A stretch of DNA of 61,091 nucleotides from a virus (Duplodnaviria > Caudoviricetes). The stretch's first letter is position 1. The number at the start of each line of letters is the position of its first letter. Below the pieces are notes generated by a model. The model saw nothing but the letters and a program-made list of their open reading frames with translations. It made no database searches and was not told the DNA's origin. The translations under genes and the position numbers were made by a program. The DNA lies in the IMG/VR virus record IMGVR_UViG_3300021335_000017, positions 1-61,091 of that record; one strand, 5' to 3'. Below, one piece after another: positions 17,879-24,709 of this stretch.

Positions 17879-17880
17879 GC

Positions 17881-18048
17881 TCAGTCCTCAAGAGGAAGCA
17901 GACTTGCCAGGCTGCCAAGACGTGCTTCATCGATTTTGTCGTCTACAAAAGGGTCTTCTTCATAAGGTTTGTAGTAACCTTTTTTCTCTTCGTAGTCTGA
18001 ATAGTCGTAGCTTGGATCGTCGTCTATGCGACAGGGTTCGCGGTTCAT
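17881..18048 (-). CDS. Hypothetical acidic protein
   Basis: MNREPCRIDDDP...; TAATG coupling with the upstream ORF. Confidence 0.55.
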   Translation of the reverse strand: MNREPCRIDDDPSYDYSDYEEKKGYYKPYEEDPFVDDKIDEARLGSLASLLPLED

Positions 18049-18197
18049 TACTCGTCCTCTCCGATTATTTCTTCGTTGATTAAGTCCCATAGGGAATCAA
18101 GTATGGGGTTGTAGCCTTCTATGTTCCTTTCTCCGATGTAGTTTTGCAGAGAGTCGATCACTTCAAGGGCTTGATGTTTGTTTTCAATTTCAATCAT
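18048..18197 (-). CDS. Hypothetical protein (49 aa; not in track)
   Basis: MIEIENKHQALEVIDSL...; GGAG RBS; overlapping stop/start. Confidence 0.55.
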   Translation of the reverse strand: MIEIENKHQALEVIDSLQNYIGERNIEGYNPILDSLWDLINEEIIGEDE

Positions 18198-18373
18198 TTG
18201 TTTTCTTCTCCGTAATCCATGTTTACTTTGTACATGCCGCCGCCTACTGGCTCTACAAAGCCAACTTCTAATGCATACCGTAGAAGTGAGTCTTCGTCAT
18301 ATTCAAAGTTGAGAGCAGGGGCTTGTGATTTCCACAATTGCTTTTTATTCACAATAATTTCTTCGTCACTCAT
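18194..18373 (-). CDS. Hypothetical protein (59 aa; not in track)
   Basis: MSDEEIIVNKKQLW...; GAGGAGG RBS. Confidence 0.6.
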   Translation of the reverse strand: MSDEEIIVNKKQLWKSQAPALNFEYDEDSLLRYALEVGFVEPVGGGMYKVNMDYGEENK

Positions 18374-18543
18374 AGTTCCTCCTCGATCGTCTCATCGATG
18401 TCATAGTTAGAATTTGTAAGTACTTCAGGTCGGTATTGGGCCATTTTGTCTGTGTAGCATTTGTCGCAGACTTTACAGAGCTCTATGCCTCGTGCGTCGT
18501 ATTCCCACCAACTGGCTTCGTTTTCATGTAAACAAATACCCAT
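18370..18543 (-). CDS. Small Cys-containing protein (57 aa; not in track)
   Basis: MGICLHENEASWWEYDARGIELCKVCDKC...; GAGGG RBS. Confidence 0.6.
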   Translation of the reverse strand: MGICLHENEASWWEYDARGIELCKVCDKCYTDKMAQYRPEVLTNSNYDIDETIEEEL

Positions 18544-18707
18544 TAGATTCCCTCGTTTACTGTTTCGATTACCCTCTCTAAAAGAAGGGCATCATCTGAG
18601 AAATCTTTCAGTTGCATAAGAACTTCTGCGTATCTAAAGTCTCTGTTAATTGCGTTGTCGCCAAAGGCCAACTCAAACACTTCTTCTACGAACTCGTCTT
18701 TGGTCAT
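18543..18707 (-). CDS. Hypothetical protein
   Basis: MTKDEFVEEVFELAFGD...; AAGGAG RBS. Confidence 0.6.
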   Translation of the reverse strand: MTKDEFVEEVFELAFGDNAINRDFRYAEVLMQLKDFSDDALLLERVIETVNEGI

Positions 18708-18936
18708 TACTCTTCTCCTTATTAGCCCTACTAATAACGCTACGCGTAGTAAAAATTTCAGAACTTTGTGGAAGCTCCACCTTTGATTCAAGTAACTTGT
18801 CAAAGAATTTGTCCATGATTTCGTTACAAGTTTTGTTACATATAGCTAAGTTTTTTTGCCATTCGACTGGATCTTCCATATCAATGCACCGTGCTTTTGT
18901 TAGGGTTTTTCGACCATAGTTCGCCTTCAGCTTCAC
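18673..18936 (-). CDS. Hypothetical protein
   Basis: Sense-strand ORF; true start uncertain. Confidence 0.45.
   Translation of the reverse strand: MKLKANYGRKTLTKARCIDMEDPVEWQKNLAICNKTCNEIMDKFFDKLLESKVELPQSSEIFTTRSVISRANKEKSNDQRRVRRRSV
18720..18736. promoter_or_regulatory. 17-bp palindromic operator
   Basis: TATTAG-cccta-CTAATA, adjacent to the RBS of 18543-18707. Confidence 0.75.
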
Positions 18937-19153
18937 TGTTTAACTCTTCTGCAAGTTCCATGACATATGAGATAAGCTGTTGTACTTTGTTGGTATCTCC
19001 GTCAGCCATATGCAATGCGGCTTGAAGAAATATACTGAGGCCCGCAACACATAATTCATGTGCATCAGATTCATCTGGTAAGGCGTTAACAATTGCGTTG
19101 CGAATGTCTAGCATTCGTTCTGTTCTTTCTTCCGCTTCTTTTTCATCTATCAT
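18881..19153 (-). CDS. Hypothetical protein
   Basis: AGGAG RBS. Confidence 0.65.
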   Translation of the reverse strand: MIDEKEAEERTERMLDIRNAIVNALPDESDAHELCVAGLSIFLQAALHMADGDTNKVQQLISYVMELAEELNSEAEGELWSKNPNKSTVH

Positions 19154-19162
19154 GATTCACTC

Positions 19163-19348
19163 CTAAAAATTAATAACGATGTGTTGCACACCTCTAGCTT
19201 TGGCACGACATAAATACTCTAAGTAATGTCCGCTTTGCTCGAGCCCTGTTTCATCTTCTAAGTCCCACAATCTGGCACGTTCTTTCCGAATAGCGATGTC
19301 AATTGGTTCTAGTTTTGCTTTTACTACTGGGCTGCTTTCGGGATACAT
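19163..19348 (-). CDS. Hypothetical protein
   Basis: MYPESSP...; AAGGA RBS. Confidence 0.5.
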   Translation of the reverse strand: MYPESSPVVKAKLEPIDIAIRKERARLWDLEDETGLEQSGHYLEYLCRAKARGVQHIVINF

Positions 19349-19439
19349 CTTTATCCTTACCTTTATTCCTAAAAATTCTGTCGAAGTTGGCATCGAATGC
19401 CGCTTTATTAGTGGGTCGTTGTTTGCTGCCTTTGCTCAT
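19299..19439 (-). CDS. Small basic phage protein
   Basis: MSKGSKQRPTNKAAFDANFDRIF; GGAG RBS. Confidence 0.6.
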   Translation of the reverse strand: MSKGSKQRPTNKAAFDANFDRIFRNKGKDKDVSRKQPSSKSKTRTN

Positions 19440-19440
19440 A

Positions 19441-19629
19441 TCACTGCTCCAAATAATCGACCACAGTGAAGTCTGTGTGCTCACCGTATATTTTTTCATC
19501 GGGGTCAAAGTAATAGAAAATGTCTTCGTCATCTATGTAGGGATTATCTGGGTTGTATTCACCTACATAGCAACGTTTGACATGTATTTCTGGGAGATCA
19601 TTCCAATGCATTGCTATATAAATAACCAT
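19441..19629 (-). CDS. Hypothetical acidic protein
   Basis: GAGGA RBS. Confidence 0.6.
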   Translation of the reverse strand: MVIYIAMHWNDLPEIHVKRCYVGEYNPDNPYIDDEDIFYYFDPDEKIYGEHTDFTVVDYLEQ

Positions 19630-19631
19630 GA

Positions 19632-19877
19632 CTAGTCCTCACAGGTTTCGCAAAACTGATGGTATTGCTTGGACTGTTCAATTTGTCTGATGGCACGCTC
19701 TACAGAAATTAAGGTAGACACACTTGTCTCACCCCCACCGACAAAACGGGCTATTGTATTTAGATGGACTCCCGCCATTTTTGCGATGGTTTCTCTGTTA
19801 CGCCAACGCAATATTTTAGTGGCACACTCTTGGCGAATTTTATCGACTGTCGAATACATACTGCCCCCTATACCCAA
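19632..19877 (-). CDS. XRE/Cro-like HTH protein
   Basis: RETIAKMAGVHLNTIARFVGG...VSTLISVERAI. Confidence 0.7.
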   Translation of the reverse strand: MGIGGSMYSTVDKIRQECATKILRWRNRETIAKMAGVHLNTIARFVGGGETSVSTLISVERAIRQIEQSKQYHQFCETCED

Positions 19878-20146
19878 GCAAACTTGCGATACGGGAAGGT
19901 GTCAGTCTTTACCACCGATAGTTTTTCAGTGCGGATTGTTCGACGTGCGATGAAAAGAAACACGCTGATGATAAGACCAGCAGTTAGGCCTGCCATCATG
20001 CCTGCAAATGTGCCTGCAAATATCCACATAAGAAAGAACGTAAGCACGATATCCAGCGCAATGTCGAAGCGTGCGACTCTGCGGATACCGAATTTAAGTA
20101 ATAAAAAGATCATGCCGAAAGCGGCAATAAGTCCTGCAGTAAACAT
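19868..20146 (-). CDS. Small membrane protein (about 3 TM segments)
   Basis: Three hydrophobic stretches; GGAGG RBS. Confidence 0.7.
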   Translation of the reverse strand: MFTAGLIAAFGMIFLLLKFGIRRVARFDIALDIVLTFFLMWIFAGTFAGMMAGLTAGLIISVFLFIARRTIRTEKLSVVKTDTFPYRKFAWV

Positions 20147-20148
20147 AA

Positions 20149-20313
20149 TTATTCCTCCAGTTTACGGTCTGTGTAATGACGTAAGTCGTCGAGTTTGCAT
20201 GCACAAAACGCAAACGCTTGTGCTGCCACGTAGCTGGTGTGCTTCACTGTAAGCAGTGACCAACGTCTTGCTGTTTTATAAATTTCTTCTTTATTAAAAG
20301 TTTCACTGTCCAT
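20149..20313 (-). CDS. Hypothetical protein (54 aa; not in track)
   Basis: MDSETFNKEEIYKTARRW...; AGGAG RBS; fills the gap exactly. Confidence 0.5.
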   Translation of the reverse strand: MDSETFNKEEIYKTARRWSLLTVKHTSYVAAQAFAFCACKLDDLRHYTDRKLEE

Positions 20314-20520
20314 CTAAAACGCTCCTTTGTATAAAAGAATTTCTTTTTGTAACATTTCTAAATCGTAATCTTCGTTGATTACCCCAAGTATTATTTCGAG
20401 TAATGACTCTTTAACTGTCATATCATTACTAGTACCTAACCAATCCAATAGATCTTTACGAGTTACTCTTGGCACGCTTTTCACGGTCCGTCCTCCGTTG
20501 TCAAAGTTCAAAACAATCAC
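20314..20520 (-). CDS. Hypothetical protein
   Basis: Sense-strand ORF; start uncertain. Confidence 0.55.
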   Translation of the reverse strand: MIVLNFDNGGRTVKSVPRVTRKDLLDWLGTSNDMTVKESLLEIILGVINEDYDLEMLQKEILLYKGAF

Positions 20521-20671
20521 GGACAGCGCTTACCCAATTAACATCATCGAGTTCGCTTTTGTCGTGATACAAATGTTTAAACACTTTTTCTGTACCGTCT
20601 TTGAATACAACACACACTTTGTCTGTGAAACTAACGTGTGGGAATAACTGTTCATAGATTGAAATACTCAT
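20501..20671 (-). CDS. Hypothetical protein (56 aa; not in track)
   Basis: MSISIYEQLFPHV...; GGAGG RBS. Confidence 0.55.
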   Translation of the reverse strand: MSISIYEQLFPHVSFTDKVCVVFKDGTEKVFKHLYHDKSELDDVNWVSAVRDCFEL

Positions 20672-20732
20672 AAATCCTCCATTGTTAAAGAAGCAAGCAC
20701 GCTAGCTCCCAGGTAACTGTGTGTGTTTAAAT

Positions 20733-20766
20733 AAAAAACCCCACCCAATCCGAAGACTGAGTGGGG
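20733..20766 (-). terminator. Rho-independent terminator
   Basis: CCCCACTCAGTC-TTCG-GATTGGGTGGGG followed by T6 on the minus strand. Confidence 0.85.
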
Positions 20767-20775
20767 TAGTTGAGG

Positions 20776-21372
20776 TTAAGCTGCTTTACGCGCTGCACGT
20801 TTCTCTGCAAACTTGGCTCGCAACGTATCTTTCTGTTGCTCCTCAAGCTCTTCCGAGATTGCATTCATCTCGGTCTGTGCATCAGGGAATGAATCACACG
20901 TACAACGTGGCTGCCATTCTCCTGTCTGCTCATCGCGCTGAGTCGGTGCGAAGTAATACAAATTCTGTATATCAACTTCTGCACTCATCTCCTGAGCAAG
21001 TGAAGCATGCGACTGGAACAGCGTGTTGTAATCAAGATCAACTGTCTCGATAACATCTGTATTAGTCGACACACCGACCATCTCCGCCGCACGTTCTGCA
21101 GGCTCGACGCCGTATACTTCAATCTCAGTATTCTGTGCTGACCAAAGCTTGCGAGCATTCCAACAAACCTTGTCCATCAATGTCTGATGAAAGCCAATGA
21201 TGGCTAGCGGGTGATATGAAGTCTCATCAGATGCAGCTGCGATGAATGCTTCTTCGAAGTCCGTCTCGAGGTCACCAGTGTTGAATGAAGCGATATGCTT
21301 AGCTAACTCTCCTTTGTAGCCTTTGTAATCGCAAATATCTAAAAACGCATTGGTAATAAATGAATCTTTCAT
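20776..21372 (-). CDS. Hypothetical early protein
   Basis: 198 aa; GAGGA RBS; followed by a terminator. Confidence 0.75.
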   Translation of the reverse strand: MKDSFITNAFLDICDYKGYKGELAKHIASFNTGDLETDFEEAFIAAASDETSYHPLAIIGFHQTLMDKVCWNARKLWSAQNTEIEVYGVEPAERAAEMVGVSTNTDVIETVDLDYNTLFQSHASLAQEMSAEVDIQNLYYFAPTQRDEQTGEWQPRCTCDSFPDAQTEMNAISEELEEQQKDTLRAKFAEKRAARKAA

Positions 21373-21376
21373 AGTC

Positions 21377-21541
21377 TTAAAAGTCCTCTAGTAGTTGTTC
21401 AGTTGTTAAATTAGATTTCACTTCTTGTGATGCTAGTTGCAACATCAAATGAACCATTTCCAAGTGTTGAAGATCCGGTTCTACTTGGTCGTTGTCAGAG
21501 ACCAAATCCCAGTTTTCACGTTCAAGGTTTAAACTAACCAT
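21377..21541 (-). CDS. Hypothetical protein (54 aa; not in track)
   Basis: MVSLNLERENWDLV...; GGAGG RBS. Confidence 0.5.
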   Translation of the reverse strand: MVSLNLERENWDLVSDNDQVEPDLQHLEMVHLMLQLASQEVKSNLTTEQLLEDF

Positions 21542-21543
21542 TT

Positions 21544-21732
21544 CTATACCTCCGTAATTTCATCAGCTTCGAACATTTCAGCTAGTACAGCACCGAGTGC
21601 TACCAACAAAAGATCTGCTGGATTCTCTTTGATGTGCTTGATACCTGCTTTCGCTTTTTGCTTACACTTAAACCATTTGGTAGGTGTAATATTCTTTTCA
21701 AAACGTCTATGGAACATAATTAAATACCTCAA
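21544..21732 (-). CDS. Hypothetical protein
   Basis: GAGG RBS before an internal ATG (MFHRRF...). Confidence 0.55.
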   Translation of the reverse strand: MRYLIMFHRRFEKNITPTKWFKCKQKAKAGIKHIKENPADLLLVALGAVLAEMFEADEITEV

Positions 21733-21739
21733 GATAAAT

Positions 21740-21756
21740 TATTAGTGAGCCTAATA
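21740..21756. promoter_or_regulatory. 17-bp palindromic operator
   Basis: TATTAG-tgagc-CTAATA. Confidence 0.8.
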
Positions 21757-21826
21757 CTCATAAACAATCTGACCGTGAGTGATGAAATCACGAGCGTATA
21801 CAACCAACTACATGTTGTGTGAAACA

Positions 21827-21843
21827 TATTAGCATTACTAATA
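21827..21843 (-). promoter_or_regulatory. Operator embedded in an early promoter
   Basis: TATTAG-catta-CTAATA; minus-strand TTGATT-18-TAATAT. Confidence 0.8.
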
Positions 21844-21965
21844 AATATTAATCAACAACTCGTTGTGTATAGCTATGAACGAATAATGGACCGTTGTCCG
21901 TTGTTCGTGGTCAAATGTTAGAGGTTAGGTGTCAAAGTTAAAGTAGATTGTTAAGATGTGTGTCA

Positions 21966-22262
21966 TGTGTACCAAGTGTGTACCAGATTGTGTACCAACT
22001 TTTAAAAGACGATAAAGTCAGCAGTTATCTGGCTTACAGAGGAAAATGACTAATGTGTACCATGTGTACCAGCTTTTTTCAGGTTCAAAAATGATAAACT
22101 GAAAACAGTGTTTTTTACGATGTACATATATACGAAATAGGAAATGGTTGGTACACATGGTACACATTCCTATATTTTGTAATAAACATATGTAAATCAA
22201 TAAGTTATACGCGTAGCAACTTGGTACACAAATTGGTACACAAGTGGTACACACGGTACACA
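21966..22262. repeat. Symmetric iteron array, putative replication origin
   Basis: TGTGTACCA at 21966, 21977, 21989, 22054 and 22063; inverted TGGTACACA at 22149, 22158, 22222, 22234 and 22245 (plus CGGTACACA at 22254). AT-rich centre; IHF consensus at 22195-22207. Confidence 0.8.
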
Positions 22263-22302
22263 CCCCGTCGGGCGGGGCGCGTTGACCGTTGACAGCTGAC
22301 CA

Positions 22303-22650
22303 TTACCAACTGCCAGTTATGAATTGTCTACGTGAAATCATCCGTGATCTCTTGATAGAAGGATTGCTACGCTGGAGGCTGCTCCGTTGGGTGTTCTCGG
22401 TTCGTTGACGCCTAACCCAGTCATCGTACCGTCGGTCGTAGTCCTCTTGAGACATGACAGTGGCACCTGACCGTGGGCAACTGTCAATGTTAGTTGGATC
22501 TAGCAGTTTAAAAGCTGTCCATCCTAGCCAGCCCATGACAAAGAACAACATGCCAATGAAATATAAAGCTAATAAAGTAATAAGAATATCTAACACGTCG
22601 CACCTCCTAGTGTACAGTTGGGTGGTCGATGTAGCCGAAACCACAATCAA
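22303..22650 (-). CDS. Hypothetical membrane protein
   Basis: Hydrophobic segment; AGGAGG RBS before an internal GTG. Confidence 0.5.
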   Translation of the reverse strand: MIVVSATSTTQLYTRRCDVLDILITLLALYFIGMLFFVMGWLGWTAFKLLDPTNIDSCPRSGATVMSQEDYDRRYDDWVRRQRTENTQRSSLQRSNPSIKRSRMISRRQFITGSW

Positions 22651-22825
22651 CAGTTATTGATACATTAATGCCAAGAAAAACTATGTACTCAACGAACTCG
22701 TCGAGTGACAGCTTGCCACTGTGATGCTCTTCTTGAGCTTCGAATGCTTCTCTAAAAAGCTTTGCTTCTCTTAACGCTTCTTCATAATCGTAGTTATCAA
22801 AGTTGTAATCGTTCACGATAGTCAC
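22607..22825 (-). CDS. Hypothetical protein
   Basis: First ORF of the minus-strand arm. Confidence 0.5.
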   Translation of the reverse strand: MTIVNDYNFDNYDYEEALREAKLFREAFEAQEEHHSGKLSLDEFVEYIVFLGINVSITVDCGFGYIDHPTVH

Positions 22826-23057
22826 CTATATAAATAATGAATGAATGAATAAAATCAAAAACACAACTGACCACGAGCAACGAATGTTGCGAGTGAAAAC
22901 AAACAAAAGGGGTTACTGACGGACAAGGTTCCTAAAACCAAAAACAAAACAAGGTTCCAGTTCCGCAAATCGGGGAAAGGTATCCCCTCACAGCAGAACA
23001 GGGAGATAGTGCGTTAGCGATTCATAAATAATTTTTGAAATTTTTTTTCTGCAAAAA

Positions 23058-23074
23058 TATTAGTAATACTAATC
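23058..23074. promoter_or_regulatory. 17-bp palindromic operator
   Basis: TATTAG-taata-CTAATC, at the start of the late arm. Confidence 0.75.
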
Positions 23075-23094
23075 TATTTGTGTATAGTATCCGT

Positions 23095-23559
23095 ATGTCA
23101 GGCGGAAAAGTATGTGCTAAATGCGGAGCCTCTCGCCCAGAAACGGACTTTGACTTGTCTCACGGGGTTCTGCGCAGTGCCTGTAAAAAGTGCATTGAGG
23201 CTCGACGCCGTAAGAAATGGTCAAGCAGCTACCAAGAATATCTCAATAAACTTCTCCAAAGCGCAAAATGCAACCGCAGCAAAACAATGTCTTTTAATGT
23301 CGACCTACAGCACCTAATTGACTTGTGGGAGAAGCAAGACGGCAAGTGCGCACTGTCCGGAGTTACGATGACACACCACCGAGACGGCTCTGGTAAAAAA
23401 GAATTTAATGCATCAATAGATCGTATAGACCAAAACGAGGGATACGAGCCCTACAACATTCATTTAGTATGCTATCGAGTCAATATCCTCCGTCATAACT
23501 TACAAGTAGACATGTTTTACTGGTGGATTAAGACAATTTCCGAACATTCTTGCGATTAA
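23095..23559 (+). CDS. His-Me finger/HNH-like endonuclease with Zn-finger N-terminus
   Basis: CAKC...CKKC; QDGKCALSG; SIDRID...GY...NIHLVC..VN. Confidence 0.7.
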   Translation: MSGGKVCAKCGASRPETDFDLSHGVLRSACKKCIEARRRKKWSSSYQEYLNKLLQSAKCNRSKTMSFNVDLQHLIDLWEKQDGKCALSGVTMTHHRDGSGKKEFNASIDRIDQNEGYEPYNIHLVCYRVNILRHNLQVDMFYWWIKTISEHSCD

Positions 23560-23578
23560 TTATTAGTTGGGCTAATAT
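23550..23578 (+). promoter_or_regulatory. Sigma70-like promoter with embedded operator (23561-23577)
   Basis: TTGCGA-17-TAATAT; TATTAG-ttggg-CTAATA. Confidence 0.8.
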
Positions 23579-23584
23579 TCAGTT

Positions 23585-23860
23585 ATGGAAGTATCAATGT
23601 TAGCAGTAGAAGGTCTAGATAAAGCGTGTATCGGCACAGCACTTTGTAGCGGCGGACGTGAAGTACTAGTTTACGACGCTAATAAAGCCGAACAAATTTT
23701 AATAGACGGCGGTTTTGGAGAAGATGCGCTCTACCTTTATTTACTTGAGTGTGGTTTTGAAGAGCTGGGCGATGAAGCCCCAATATTTGTGTACTTAGAT
23801 GAAGAACTCGGACATGACCTTACAACAAAACGACGAGGCCACCTCAAACTCGTCCACTGA
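23585..23860 (+). CDS. Hypothetical protein
   Basis: EGLDKACIG...LVYD motif recalled from phage proteins. Confidence 0.65.
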   Translation: MEVSMLAVEGLDKACIGTALCSGGREVLVYDANKAEQILIDGGFGEDALYLYLLECGFEELGDEAPIFVYLDEELGHDLTTKRRGHLKLVH

Positions 23861-24338
23861 TGCGGTAAGTGCACGCACTGAGTTCCAATCACATATGCCT
23901 TATATGGGGTTAACGCTTAATGCACTAACCGTTCAGCAAGAAAAACTGGTATCGCTTATCTCTAGTGGGATGACGATAGCTGCTGCCGGACGTGGTGCTG
24001 GTTATGCCAGCTACAAAACTGCGTTAGAAGCATCCAAGAAGCCTGCAGTACAGCAGGCTTTGCAGTATTTCCGTGAACAAATGCGGGAAGAAGTGAAATT
24101 TGAGAGGCAAAACGCTCATTGTATGTACATGGAAGCGTACTCTGCCTCAGCTACGGCTACTGAAATGAAGAATACTGTGGATTCGTTGGTCAAATTGCAC
24201 GGCCTGTCGACTCCAGAGAACGCAGTACAAGTAAATGTGAACTTAAATGCAACAGCGAAACAGTTGGAACGGCTAACTGACGAAGAACTGCTTGAGATAG
24301 CAGGGAAAGATACAACTTACTTAGAACCAAAGAGGTAA
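23799..24338 (+). CDS. Putative terminase small subunit
   Basis: LTVQQEKLV...AAAGRGAGYAS HTH-like region; LERLTDEEL C-terminus; upstream of terL. Confidence 0.7.
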   Translation: MKNSDMTLQQNDEATSNSSTDAVSARTEFQSHMPYMGLTLNALTVQQEKLVSLISSGMTIAAAGRGAGYASYKTALEASKKPAVQQALQYFREQMREEVKFERQNAHCMYMEAYSASATATEMKNTVDSLVKLHGLSTPENAVQVNVNLNATAKQLERLTDEELLEIAGKDTTYLEPKR

Positions 24339-24340
24339 AC

Positions 24341-24703
24341 ATGGGCATACCAGCGATAGCAGCAGCAGCGAGGCTTTTGGCCTCAAAGGGTACAAAAGAA
24401 GCTGTAAAGAAGTATGGCAAAAAAGCCGTAGATAAAGCCAAAGCTATAAAAAACGACCCTGCAGTTAAAGAAGGGTTAGCCATTAATAGAGCGGCTGTTA
24501 AAAAAAGTGCAGCTTCAATTAAGTCCGCCGCTAGAAAAGCTCAATCAAAAGCTAACGCCTTGAAGAAAGACCCTAGGGTTAAGAAAGCAGCAGCTACAAC
24601 TAGAGCCACTGCTAAAAAAGCTGCAACTAAAACTAGAGCGGCTGCCACAAAAGCCACCGCTAAAACGCGATCTAAATTAAAAGATCTTAAGAACAGACGA
24701 TAA
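24341..24703 (+). CDS. Histone H1-like Ala/Lys-rich protein
   Basis: KKAAATTRATAKKAATKTRAAATK repeats; GAGG RBS. Confidence 0.7.
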   Translation: MGIPAIAAAARLLASKGTKEAVKKYGKKAVDKAKAIKNDPAVKEGLAINRAAVKKSAASIKSAARKAQSKANALKKDPRVKKAAATTRATAKKAATKTRAAATKATAKTRSKLKDLKNRR

Positions 24704-24709
24704 AACAGA

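Noticed and set aside
20150-20310. Third structured RNA (several hairpins, shared TACACAGAC)
   Set aside because: The interval is filled exactly by a 54-aa ORF with an RBS, and the pairings do not fit the A/B architecture.
21966-22262. CRISPR array, and the Cys/Thr-rich ORF 22018-22263
   Set aside because: Repeats are 9 bp, in both orientations and without regular spacers; the ORF is a by-product of translating the repeats.
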